DNA of 64,000 nt. Source: a virus. Positions 54,718-63,137 of this stretch are shown in pieces. The stretch lies in IMG/VR virus record IMGVR_UViG_3300022555_000009. One strand, 5' to 3'. The notes beneath the pieces were generated by a model. The model had not been told where the DNA came from and did no database searches. It worked only from the letters and a program-made list of their open reading frames with translations. A program made the translations under genes and the position numbers. Positions within the stretch are counted from its first letter, which is position 1; each line of letters opens with the position of its first letter.

Positions 54718-55482
54718 TTACGTGGATAAATAATTACTAGTAAAATCGGCCGAAGTAGCAATAGTCTGAGATTTAAATGTTATGCTTATTTCTCCAGATA
54801 TTGGGTATCCCTTGGAGTCAAGTTTATTGGAGAATTTAAAATTAGCTGTTTCTGCTAAGTAATTTTTTAAATGTAGAAAATCGGGGAAACTATTATTCGC
54901 TCCGAAAGCTACGGTCCAGGTACTCGATACAGTATCTGACGACCGAGTCGCGGTTTTAAAATAAGATTCTCCGAATGCTGAAAAAGCGCTGAAGGCGTTG
55001 GTGGCCGGAGCGGTTAATAAGTTCCCTACGGCAATCTCAGAGGGCACGCAAGCAGACATTAGAGTCATAATGGGACTAAAAACTTCTGTGTTGCCGTCCC
55101 AGGCATTCATTTGTCCGAATTGTAATTTGAGAGTGATAGAAAAGTTTGCAGGTAAGGATTCTTTCCAAGCACTAGCCATATAGTACTTATTATACATTTT
55201 TTGACCTAGAGTATCCGAGGCAGTTGTTATCGCGGAGAACACGCTACTGATGGCGCCGGTGCCAGCAGCCTTTTTCATAGATTCTTGAGCTCCTTCAAAG
55301 AAAGCTTTGACTGGTTGAAATAACTGGTTAGTTATAGAAAATCCTATGTCATCTATATAGGGAAAATATAAGTCTAGGGATGCGGGTCCTGTCCCTGTTA
55401 CGGTGCTTTTAGTTAATCTAACATAAGGACTACCGTTAGGAAAAGTTTTTGGGTCCGAGTAAAGAGCGGTGCTTAGGGCCAT
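54718..55482 (-). CDS. Putative tail-tube initiator/cap (gp48/54-like)
   Basis: Position; DSKGYPISGEISITF. Confidence 0.5.
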   Translation of the reverse strand: MALSTALYSDPKTFPNGSPYVRLTKSTVTGTGPASLDLYFPYIDDIGFSITNQLFQPVKAFFEGAQESMKKAAGTGAISSVFSAITTASDTLGQKMYNKYYMASAWKESLPANFSITLKLQFGQMNAWDGNTEVFSPIMTLMSACVPSEIAVGNLLTAPATNAFSAFSAFGESYFKTATRSSDTVSSTWTVAFGANNSFPDFLHLKNYLAETANFKFSNKLDSKGYPISGEISITFKSQTIATSADFTSNYLST

Positions 55483-55496
55483 AGTTATCTATCCTT

Positions 55497-57482
55497 TTAC
55501 GAGTATGATTTTACTTTAAGTTTTGGAGCTTCTGGAATATTATCCGGTCCCTCAGAGGTGGGAGCATTAGATATTTTTTCTAAAATATTATTCTGCTTGC
55601 CCATCGCTTTTGAATCTTCCTGAGCTATACTAATCAATTGTCTCAATAAATCTGCTTGCTCGTTGATTTGAGTAACAGAAGATATTTGTTCTCCAGCATG
55701 TATTGTAGCTGCAACTGCTTCACCAGGGACCCCAGGAATTACGCTTCCTGGGGAATAGTCCGTACCTATCTCAAAAGATGTTTCCCCTACAGAAGATTTA
55801 AACTTGCTCCAGTCGCTTATGGTTGATTTTTCATATCCTGGGATAGAATGTAGCAGATCCAGCTGTTGCGCCCCACTTAAGCCCGCTATGGGGATGCTTT
55901 GACCATCAAATACTATGAAATCATCCATGGCTCTATTTCTGCTATTGTAAGGGCTAACTAGTTTTCGTCTACCTTTTGCTGATAATAATCCAGTTGAGTC
56001 GAGTTGTGCAGCTGCGCCTCGAGACCCGGGAATAGTAGTGGGTTCAGCCAAGGCGGCGGCCGCGGTGCCAATTTCAAAAGAGTTTGCCTTGGAAGAGATA
56101 AGCGCGATGGCATCTAGATCATTTTCTTTTCCTTCCTTTTTGAGTTTAGCTCTCTGCTCAGACGTTAAAGATTTTGCTAATTCCTTTGTTCTCTCTTCGT
56201 AAGACTGGCCAGAAATTCCCTCGTATAAGGCAAAAGCTAAAGCGGCTGCTGCTGCGATGCCTAATCCTATGGCGCCTGCTTTAGCGACAATGGGTAGAGC
56301 TTTCTTAACTAAGTCCTTAGTTAACTTTCCACTCATCAAAGCATTTATTATGCCGCCCTCTATGTCTCCTTCTACTCCGGGGCCTCCACCTGAAGCACTT
56401 ATATTTTTAGTATCCTTCATAAGAGCGTCTAATTTTGATCCGATATATAAAGCAGGCAAAGCGTATTGTACAGGAAGCTGCAAGATATCTCCAGCAGAAG
56501 GATCTTCAGATTTTACAACATTTATTTTTTCATCGGCGCTTCCACGACTTCCACCGCTTCCACCGAAGGCGCCCCCTGTCTTATACTTGCCTCTGCCCCC
56601 GCCAGGTCCGCGCGGAGGTCTTCCATTGTTAATATCTATAATCTCCGGTACGCTTTCTAACAAGCCTGCTAATTTCTCTTGGTCTATTCCAGCTTTTTCA
56701 TAAGCAGCGGTGCTGGCTCCAATAGCGCTTTCTCCGAGACCTCTATCGAGTAAAAACTTACTAGTAGCTGCCTGCGATTTTAATTCAGCGCCTTTATTAA
56801 TAGCCTCATGGCCTCTGCTCATATACCCAGACTGAAATTCTTTGGTTGGAGCATTGAGTATTCTATCTAATCTATTCCCGGAGTTATCCCCCGAAGTCAA
56901 GCCTAGCTTATCTGTCGCTGTACCGAAGAGCTTCAAGAAAGGCATTTTCTCAAATATTTCTTGTTGTATGTTCGAGGCAAATTGTTGATCATCAAACTTA
57001 CGCGTTTGTTTGCCTGCTTCTCTTCCTGCTTTCTTAGTAGAGGCTCTATATTCTTTGGCGTCCTTTTTATCGCTAAGGAGAGCATCTAAAAGTTCACTGT
57101 TTAGCTTTTTCTGATCTTTCTTTAAATCGTCCAAATATCTCTGTAATTGATTAGCTGTTTTGATGCTTGCATCTATAGATTTCTTTAACTCATCTGATGT
57201 CTTTCTTTCCTCGATAGACATCGCAGCATATTTCTTATCTGCTTCTTCTTTTTGCTTCTGAGCGGCCTCTTGCATCTCTAAGATTTTAGGGAAAAACGTA
57301 CTAGATAATAAATCAAAATTCTGAGTCGTCTTCCCTAAAGCTTTGACAAGCGCAGTCTTAAAGCCATCAGGCATATCGCCCATTGCTTGTGTGAGTTTTT
57401 TTATGCCTTTATCAATATCAGCCATGGAATCACTGACGCCCGGGGGCATCATGCCATCTCCCTCACCAACTACGCCCGCCAT
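55497..57482 (-). CDS. Tape-measure-like protein
   Basis: Helical, Ala/Gly rich, hydrophobic segment, ATIHAGEQI motif; follows chaperone genes. Confidence 0.55.
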   Translation of the reverse strand: MAGVVGEGDGMMPPGVSDSMADIDKGIKKLTQAMGDMPDGFKTALVKALGKTTQNFDLLSSTFFPKILEMQEAAQKQKEEADKKYAAMSIEERKTSDELKKSIDASIKTANQLQRYLDDLKKDQKKLNSELLDALLSDKKDAKEYRASTKKAGREAGKQTRKFDDQQFASNIQQEIFEKMPFLKLFGTATDKLGLTSGDNSGNRLDRILNAPTKEFQSGYMSRGHEAINKGAELKSQAATSKFLLDRGLGESAIGASTAAYEKAGIDQEKLAGLLESVPEIIDINNGRPPRGPGGGRGKYKTGGAFGGSGGSRGSADEKINVVKSEDPSAGDILQLPVQYALPALYIGSKLDALMKDTKNISASGGGPGVEGDIEGGIINALMSGKLTKDLVKKALPIVAKAGAIGLGIAAAAALAFALYEGISGQSYEERTKELAKSLTSEQRAKLKKEGKENDLDAIALISSKANSFEIGTAAAALAEPTTIPGSRGAAAQLDSTGLLSAKGRRKLVSPYNSRNRAMDDFIVFDGQSIPIAGLSGAQQLDLLHSIPGYEKSTISDWSKFKSSVGETSFEIGTDYSPGSVIPGVPGEAVAATIHAGEQISSVTQINEQADLLRQLISIAQEDSKAMGKQNNILEKISNAPTSEGPDNIPEAPKLKVKSYS

Positions 57483-57490
57483 GTATCACC

Positions 57491-57670
57491 TCATACCCAA
57501 TTTAAAAGCCCTGATGATCCAATATTAGGATTCTGTTTTATCAATCTAGAAATATCCTCAATCTTTTTTTCCAACAATTTGTACTGAAAATAAAACTCAT
57601 GGAAGGGCAGACTTGTCAGATCTGATATCCCGTTGTGAGTCTTAGTCGTCATAAGAAATATCATACTCAT
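57491..57670 (-). CDS. 59-aa gp51-like/tail chaperone second ORF (not in the track)
   Basis: MSMIFLMTTK...ISDLTSLPFHEFYFQYKLL; overlaps the upstream gene in the +1 frame. Confidence 0.55.
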   Translation of the reverse strand: MSMIFLMTTKTHNGISDLTSLPFHEFYFQYKLLEKKIEDISRLIKQNPNIGSSGLLNWV

Positions 57671-58709
57671 CAGAGTCTGATAATCGTATGGCTTGAAGAA
57701 TATCCAAGAGTCGAAAAGAAAACCTCCGTGTACATACTTCTTTCGTTATAGGGTTCTTCAATTCGATATTAGGATCTATGCCGAAGTCTAACTTAGAAAA
57801 CTGAGTATCAACCTTCTTCGTAATATTCACATCTAAGCGAGGATCCTCACTATACTTAAGTTTTTCTTCAATAGTAGACTTGCTGAGATCAATACCATTA
57901 AAAGCTACTATGTAAAGGGCTTTGGACAGCTTGCTCATATAGATAGCCTTATTTATATTATGTAGCTGCCAATCTAGGAATTCCTTCTCAGGTATGACTG
58001 GTAAATCCGTAGATCCCTTTTCAGATCTTGCTTCGCGCAGGTCTATTAATTGCTTTATCTTTTCAAATCTTAAATCTTCTTTTTCAAACTTATCATCTGC
58101 AGCTTTCTTCAAAGCTAAAGAATCCCCGATTCTAGTGTACGCTAAGAATTTTACTTCCACGTAACTAGGATCATTTTTCGGAAATCGATTCTTTATAGTA
58201 ACATATGATTTTACTTCACTAGGAAAATCTTTGATTTTCACATTGCGTAAGTCCACATCAACCTTAGGCTTCCATTTTCCGGCAATAAGGTTATTGGCCT
58301 GCTCTTCTTGTCCATGAGCTTTAAGCCAGTCTAAATCCTCCTGGTTCCAAGGAAAATCTGTAGACGTAATGAGAGGTGTAAAGAAATTCGCATATATCTT
58401 TATTAAGAGCTCCACGACGGCCTTCTCTGGCCACTCTTCTACTTTTACAGGTTCTAGGATGAGATCTTTTAACAAGTGTATAAGTCTCTCAGGCAAAAGT
58501 TCATCGGAGGCCATTGAGAGATCAATAAGATTTTCCGTATTAAAGTTTTTCACATGTATTATCTCAGGTACTCCTAGTTTTCCCTTCGTAGAAAGATTGA
58601 TAGGAATATATCCGCCAGGAATATTGAGTTTCAGAGACTGCTGTACCTTGTCTATGATCTTTGTGCTTTGAGTCATGTCGTCATTTTCGTCGACTACTTC
58701 GAACGGCAT
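57642..58709 (-). CDS. Baseplate hub assembly/tail chaperone (gp26-like)
   Basis: Start MPFEV with GGGAG RBS and ACTAATT at 58731-58737; LSTKGKLG, DFGID...NPIT. Confidence 0.55.
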   Translation of the reverse strand: MPFEVVDENDDMTQSTKIIDKVQQSLKLNIPGGYIPINLSTKGKLGVPEIIHVKNFNTENLIDLSMASDELLPERLIHLLKDLILEPVKVEEWPEKAVVELLIKIYANFFTPLITSTDFPWNQEDLDWLKAHGQEEQANNLIAGKWKPKVDVDLRNVKIKDFPSEVKSYVTIKNRFPKNDPSYVEVKFLAYTRIGDSLALKKAADDKFEKEDLRFEKIKQLIDLREARSEKGSTDLPVIPEKEFLDWQLHNINKAIYMSKLSKALYIVAFNGIDLSKSTIEEKLKYSEDPRLDVNITKKVDTQFSKLDFGIDPNIELKNPITKEVCTRRFSFRLLDILQAIRLSDSDEYDISYDD

Positions 58710-58755
58710 ATAGTATTCTCCCCTTAGCTTAATTAGTGAAAATTTTTGAGCAATA

Positions 58756-58781
58756 AAAAGCCTCTCCGCAGAGAGGCTTTT
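58756..58781 (-). terminator. Intrinsic terminator
   Basis: AAAAGCCTCTC-CGCA-GAGAGGCTTTT. Confidence 0.85.
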
Positions 58782-58786
58782 ATAGT

Positions 58787-59524
58787 TTACTGCTTCTGCC
58801 TTGTGACAGTGAGAAGTGAGCTCGTCGCTGTCCCCAACGTACATTTTATATAGCCATAAGGTTTTGTTATGGAATCCTCTGTGTAAATAGATACGGCAGC
58901 AATCGTAGTCGATATAATCCACGAAGGTGATCCCTGCAAGTCAGCATCGGGCATAGTATAATAGACTCCGGTTACTGATCCACCAGTCGGCGTAACTGAT
59001 GTTAAGAATGCACCATTTACCATTACTGCGTCATTAGTATATAGAATACTATCGAGTAAGCTTCTCGTGCCCGTGATAACTAATCGCTTAGTTGCTGGAA
59101 TCGTTCCTCCTATAGCACTGATGCCTCCGCCGCTTGGGGGAGTATAATTTAGAAGGGGTCGTATACAAGAAAGTGTGATTGTCTGTGCAGCTGTATCGGA
59201 AGATAGCGTCCATGCAACTCCGTCCATAGTATTGGATACTGCAGTCAGTCCGGATTGAAAAGCCGTCACTAGGGTACCGAAGGTCATACCGCCTGCTAGA
59301 GTAACCGTGGCTGGCGTTCCTGTTCCTATAGTTAGGGTTCCGGCTCCGTTTGGTACTCCATTAACCTTGATAATATTCTGCTCTAGGTATTGTTCACCCT
59401 GTTTTATTGTATTTACAGTTAAAGTAAATTCAGCAGATGTAGCTGGAACAGGAATAATCTTAAACGTAGCAGTATTTCTATTTACTCTATATCCTGTTGT
59501 TTGGATTCGGGCAGTAGCAACCAT
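58787..59524 (-). CDS. Thr-rich virion structural protein
   Basis: ACTAATT at 59542-59548; composition. Confidence 0.45.
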   Translation of the reverse strand: MVATARIQTTGYRVNRNTATFKIIPVPATSAEFTLTVNTIKQGEQYLEQNIIKVNGVPNGAGTLTIGTGTPATVTLAGGMTFGTLVTAFQSGLTAVSNTMDGVAWTLSSDTAAQTITLSCIRPLLNYTPPSGGGISAIGGTIPATKRLVITGTRSLLDSILYTNDAVMVNGAFLTSVTPTGGSVTGVYYTMPDADLQGSPSWIISTTIAAVSIYTEDSITKPYGYIKCTLGTATSSLLTVTRQKQ

Positions 59525-59552
59525 CTTTATAGTCCTTTATCAATTAGTAGCG

Positions 59553-59759
59553 TTATTTGTGAAGTTCTTCAGCTAAGCCAGCTTTATCTAACTTCGAGTA
59601 GTATACACCCGGATGATCTCTCAAGTGGTCTTGGGCTATATGTTTGTATAACTCTTCTGGTGATGGAAATTCTTCGTTATCTAGGGCATATTTTGTAAAC
59701 CAATCATAGGTAGGCTTGTGCTCATGCTCTACTATGATTCCTGCTTCTAACTGTGTCAT
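59553..59759 (-). CDS. DUF5661-like small protein
   Basis: GIIVEHEH...IAQDHL...YYSKL. Confidence 0.6.
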   Translation of the reverse strand: MTQLEAGIIVEHEHKPTYDWFTKYALDNEEFPSPEELYKHIAQDHLRDHPGVYYSKLDKAGLAEELHK

Positions 59760-59764
59760 ACTGC

Positions 59765-60331
59765 TTACTCCTTCGGCTTGATAAGAACATATGCCTTGCC
59801 CAGTCCGATATCATAGGTAACTAAGGTGTATCCTAGTTTTTTCGATAAAAGCTTGGCATAACTATCATATAAAGGTTGTCTCGGAATATCTCCGGAGAAC
59901 ATCAATATATCGATATTTTCTTCGTGCTTTTCTAAGTAGCCTAAAAGAATGTCCTTCACGGTAGCGAAGACTTCAAATACTGTCTTCTTACTCAAGCCCG
60001 ATACATTCTTATAAACAGGATCATTGTGTATGGGTTCCAAATAAGCGAATTCAAAAAGAGACATGTGGTAAGGAGGATTTAGTAAATCTAAAATCTCCAT
60101 GCTCTCCGGATCAGATCTATCCAACAAGCAGTAATTTAAAACCCCGTTCTGAGTCCTCATTGTAACTTGGGAGATATTGACTCTATAAGTACTATTATCG
60201 GAGGTTTTAAATTTCGAAATAATTTGAGAGTCTTTTCCGTTCTCATCTCTTATTATTTTAAAAGGCGTCCAAGGTCTTACCAGGTCGCCTAGTTCTTTAA
60301 TCTTCGTCTTCATCGTCTTCATCGTCGTCAT
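59765..60331 (-). CDS. Hypothetical protein, paralog of 60297..60926 (start may be 60313)
   Basis: IKELG...RPW, FKTSD, EVFATV, RQPLYD, KAYVL. Confidence 0.6.
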   Translation of the reverse strand: MTTMKTMKTKIKELGDLVRPWTPFKIIRDENGKDSQIISKFKTSDNSTYRVNISQVTMRTQNGVLNYCLLDRSDPESMEILDLLNPPYHMSLFEFAYLEPIHNDPVYKNVSGLSKKTVFEVFATVKDILLGYLEKHEENIDILMFSGDIPRQPLYDSYAKLLSKKLGYTLVTYDIGLGKAYVLIKPKE

Positions 60332-60926
60332 CCAGTAGAATACTAGGATCGAACAAAATGTAGGCTTTACTCCTGTAAGCAGTTTCGCCCGCCATTAGAT
60401 AGAATCCAAGATGTTTCTCTATCATTTTAGAAAATCTATCATATAATTTTTGTCGAGAAGGTTCTTTCGCGGAAAATTCTAGAGCATCAAACTGATCGTA
60501 ATATGTTTCTAAAAAATTCAACATACATTCTTGTACGGTGGCAAATACCTCCAGGCCTACTCTGGGGCCGAGATTTAGAATATTAAATGACTCTTCCTCT
60601 TCATTTTCTTCCTCACCGGTGGTTCTCGCAAAAGTTATGATGTAACTACTTATTGGAACCTGCGATGCATCAGATTCTTCGAGATATTTATGTAAGTCCA
60701 TGAGAGGTGTGACATATTGTTCACCCTCGGCGGGTTCACCATTAAATTCCTCTACAAGATCAGCAGGCCATAGCCCGTAGTACCAAAATAATACCTTATA
60801 AAAACCGCCGTCTGAAGTTTTAAAATAATAGTATATATTTTTGTGCTCTGAGGACTCATCTTCCTCACTAATTTCAGCTTTTCTTTTCCAAGGGCGTATC
60901 GATTCGCCGAGCTCTTTGATTCTCAT
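60297..60926 (-). CDS. Hypothetical protein, paralog of 59765..60331
   Basis: IKELG...RPW, FKTSD, EVFATV, RQKLYD, KAYIL; ACTAATT 4 nt upstream of the ATG. Confidence 0.6.
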   Translation of the reverse strand: MRIKELGESIRPWKRKAEISEEDESSEHKNIYYYFKTSDGGFYKVLFWYYGLWPADLVEEFNGEPAEGEQYVTPLMDLHKYLEESDASQVPISSYIITFARTTGEEENEEEESFNILNLGPRVGLEVFATVQECMLNFLETYYDQFDALEFSAKEPSRQKLYDRFSKMIEKHLGFYLMAGETAYRSKAYILFDPSILLDDDDEDDEDED

Positions 60927-60928
60927 TA

Positions 60929-62629
60929 TTAATTAGTCTTTGTAAAAGTATATACTATGGTCCCACAGTCCCATACTCTATCGTATCCATTGATTTGCAT
61001 ATTCTCCCATTCTGTTTTTTTAAAATCGAAGTTAGGCAGTACCTTCTTTAACTTGTGTTTCTGAAAGGTTAGTCTGTGAATAAGTTCCTTGTAATCTTTC
61101 GTATAGTACATGCCAGGAGAATTCGTGTGAGAATATTCGAACCCTAAATTAAAAGTACTCTTACCATTAAAAATTCTTTTGTCAGTATACGATAGAACTG
61201 TACTACCTAGTGGTAGCGATTTTACAACTTCGTTCCACAACTTTGATATACCGCCGACTACTACTGTGTTCAAAGAGCAAGCAAATCTAGTTAACTCATA
61301 CGTATTTTTCTTAAATCTATTTTTAGACACGACTATGTGAGCCACTAAATTTCCTTCTTTGTCTTTTAGACCATACCTCATAGAACCTTGGGCGTACCCT
61401 TGAATGTGATTAACTTCAAAAAAAGATCTGCTATCAGCAGGGGACACTTGAACTATAGAGCATGATCTAGCTCCTACTTTTCTGTCACATATTCCTAATT
61501 TATTTTTTATGATGGACTTAACTACATCAGATTTATTGATCCACTCGGAGTCCCAAAAATGTAGTAAAGTAATATTCTGAGCTTCACAAAGACTAGTTTT
61601 ATTGAAATGATATTGTGTTCCTCTCTGGCCCCTAATTTCTGAGTGCCAGTATATTTCATTCAATTCAATAGCTAAGTTCCTATCTGGTAAGTATATATCT
61701 AATTCAAGCGGGGATATAATTCTACGGGAATTCTCTACGATTCTTTCATTAGGCAGTACTTCTTTGAGCCAAGCGACGATTTCCTTTTCTATGATCCCTT
61801 GCGAGCCGGGGGGATAACACGTTGGACACCGGGGATACTTTCCATTAGCTAAGTAATCTTCAAAGGCAGATCCACAAGTATTACATTGAAACTTGTAATA
61901 CTTAACCTGTCCTTCCGTATCTACAGTAGAGATATATTCCTCTTGACTGAATAAAGGAGTAGCTTTTGTTATTCTTTCTGAAGACATCAGTTTACTCCAG
62001 AAATCCTGTCTCTTAGTCTTAAGAACTTTTTGCCAGATATCCGGACCATAAATGCTACATTCATTGCCATACTTTATTAGATTGGTTGCTTTAGCCTTCT
62101 CATGAGGCTTATTTCCGTGGGCACTAAAAGAAGTAATTTGAGCTTTTTGCGCGGCCTCAGACCTTACTTGATGAACTTTATCACCATACTTCTCTTCCCA
62201 CTTCTTCCTAATATAATTTTTATCTTGAAAGATATTATCTACGCCAAATCTTTCCTTTGTAGTTTTCCTTATTTTAGCTTGAATCTCTGCAGATTGGGCA
62301 GGCCTTTCTACTCCGTATCTTTCTAGGTTTGTTTTGGCTACTTTGCTTGAGGTTCCCTTAGCTTTGCAAGAGTTAGAACAGAACTCTCTATATCCTTCTT
62401 TAAAAGATATAAACTTAACGGAGGAGCCACATATCATGCAAGTCGGCTTTGTAGTAAAATTATGGGATAATAAATATAACTTCTCGGATGTTGATCCTAC
62501 TGTGGGACACTCGGTATTAACAATATCTAGCCACTCTTTTCTGTTTTTTAAAAACGTAGGAAAAGCAGGATTGAGTAGTCCGTTTGATCTGAACATCCCT
62601 AGTTTTTTTAGTTCTTCCAGTAGCACCAT
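60929..62629 (-). CDS. Free-standing Hef-like/Vsr-type homing endonuclease
   Basis: CMIC/FCSNSC, TNLERYG-type repeats, ELDIYLP...AIELNEIYWHS, NHIQG, GYDRVWDCG. Confidence 0.75.
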   Translation of the reverse strand: MVLLEELKKLGMFRSNGLLNPAFPTFLKNRKEWLDIVNTECPTVGSTSEKLYLLSHNFTTKPTCMICGSSVKFISFKEGYREFCSNSCKAKGTSSKVAKTNLERYGVERPAQSAEIQAKIRKTTKERFGVDNIFQDKNYIRKKWEEKYGDKVHQVRSEAAQKAQITSFSAHGNKPHEKAKATNLIKYGNECSIYGPDIWQKVLKTKRQDFWSKLMSSERITKATPLFSQEEYISTVDTEGQVKYYKFQCNTCGSAFEDYLANGKYPRCPTCYPPGSQGIIEKEIVAWLKEVLPNERIVENSRRIISPLELDIYLPDRNLAIELNEIYWHSEIRGQRGTQYHFNKTSLCEAQNITLLHFWDSEWINKSDVVKSIIKNKLGICDRKVGARSCSIVQVSPADSRSFFEVNHIQGYAQGSMRYGLKDKEGNLVAHIVVSKNRFKKNTYELTRFACSLNTVVVGGISKLWNEVVKSLPLGSTVLSYTDKRIFNGKSTFNLGFEYSHTNSPGMYYTKDYKELIHRLTFQKHKLKKVLPNFDFKKTEWENMQINGYDRVWDCGTIVYTFTKTN

Positions 62630-62711
62630 TTCAGCCTCTTACTATTATTTAGTATAGGTTATTCCCAGAAGTTATATTAATTTTATTAAGTGTTATAGTG
62701 TGCGAATGTTG

Positions 62712-63025
62712 TTACGTTGTTAGCACTCTCTGTACTACCGTGTTTGAGTATACCATTCCCTTCTCTCGTATAACTTTGACTATATTATTTATAGATAAGC
62801 CGGACTCTCTTAATTGCTTTATAATAAATAACTCCTCCTCGCTGAGCTCAGCTTTGTTAGGGGCTTTTCGCCCCTTTAGTTATATAAATAAGTTTTTACT
62901 TTGCATTTTTTTCCTACCCTCTTATGCTCTGTCCATCTGTTGCGCAACTTACCGGTGGTTTGCCCCACGTACTGATGTCCATTCTCTATATTAGTTATCA
63001 CGTATACTATTCCAAATTGTTTCAT
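62712..63025 (-). pseudogene. GIY-YIG homing endonuclease remnant (internal deletion/frameshift)
   Basis: MKQFGIVYVITNIENGHQYVGQT...RNRWTEH...LYN* then, in another frame, LKGRKAPNK...LRESGLSINNIVK HTH; GGGAG RBS. Confidence 0.8.
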
Positions 63026-63085
63026 CGTAGCTCCCTTTGATCTTTAATTAATATCCCCCTCTCAAAAAGAATCAGAAAGCAAAAT

Positions 63086-63110
63086 AAAAGCCGCTCTTTT
63101 CAGAGCGGCT
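63086..63110 (-). terminator. Intrinsic terminator after the capsid gene
   Basis: AGCCGCTCT-TTTC-AGAGCGGCT with adjacent A run (T run on minus). Confidence 0.85.
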
Positions 63111-63137
63111 CGATTACTAATTCGTTACTATATAATG

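Noticed and set aside
58710-58922. N-terminal extension of the 426-aa ORF
   Set aside because: Spans a terminator and the upstream gene; RBS and promoter motif favour the start at 58709
62698-62994. 98-aa plus-strand ORF
   Set aside because: Antisense to the GIY-YIG remnant, no RBS
63116-63122. ACTAATT oriented antisense into the capsid gene end
   Set aside because: Single AT-rich 7-mer with no downstream gene; could be chance
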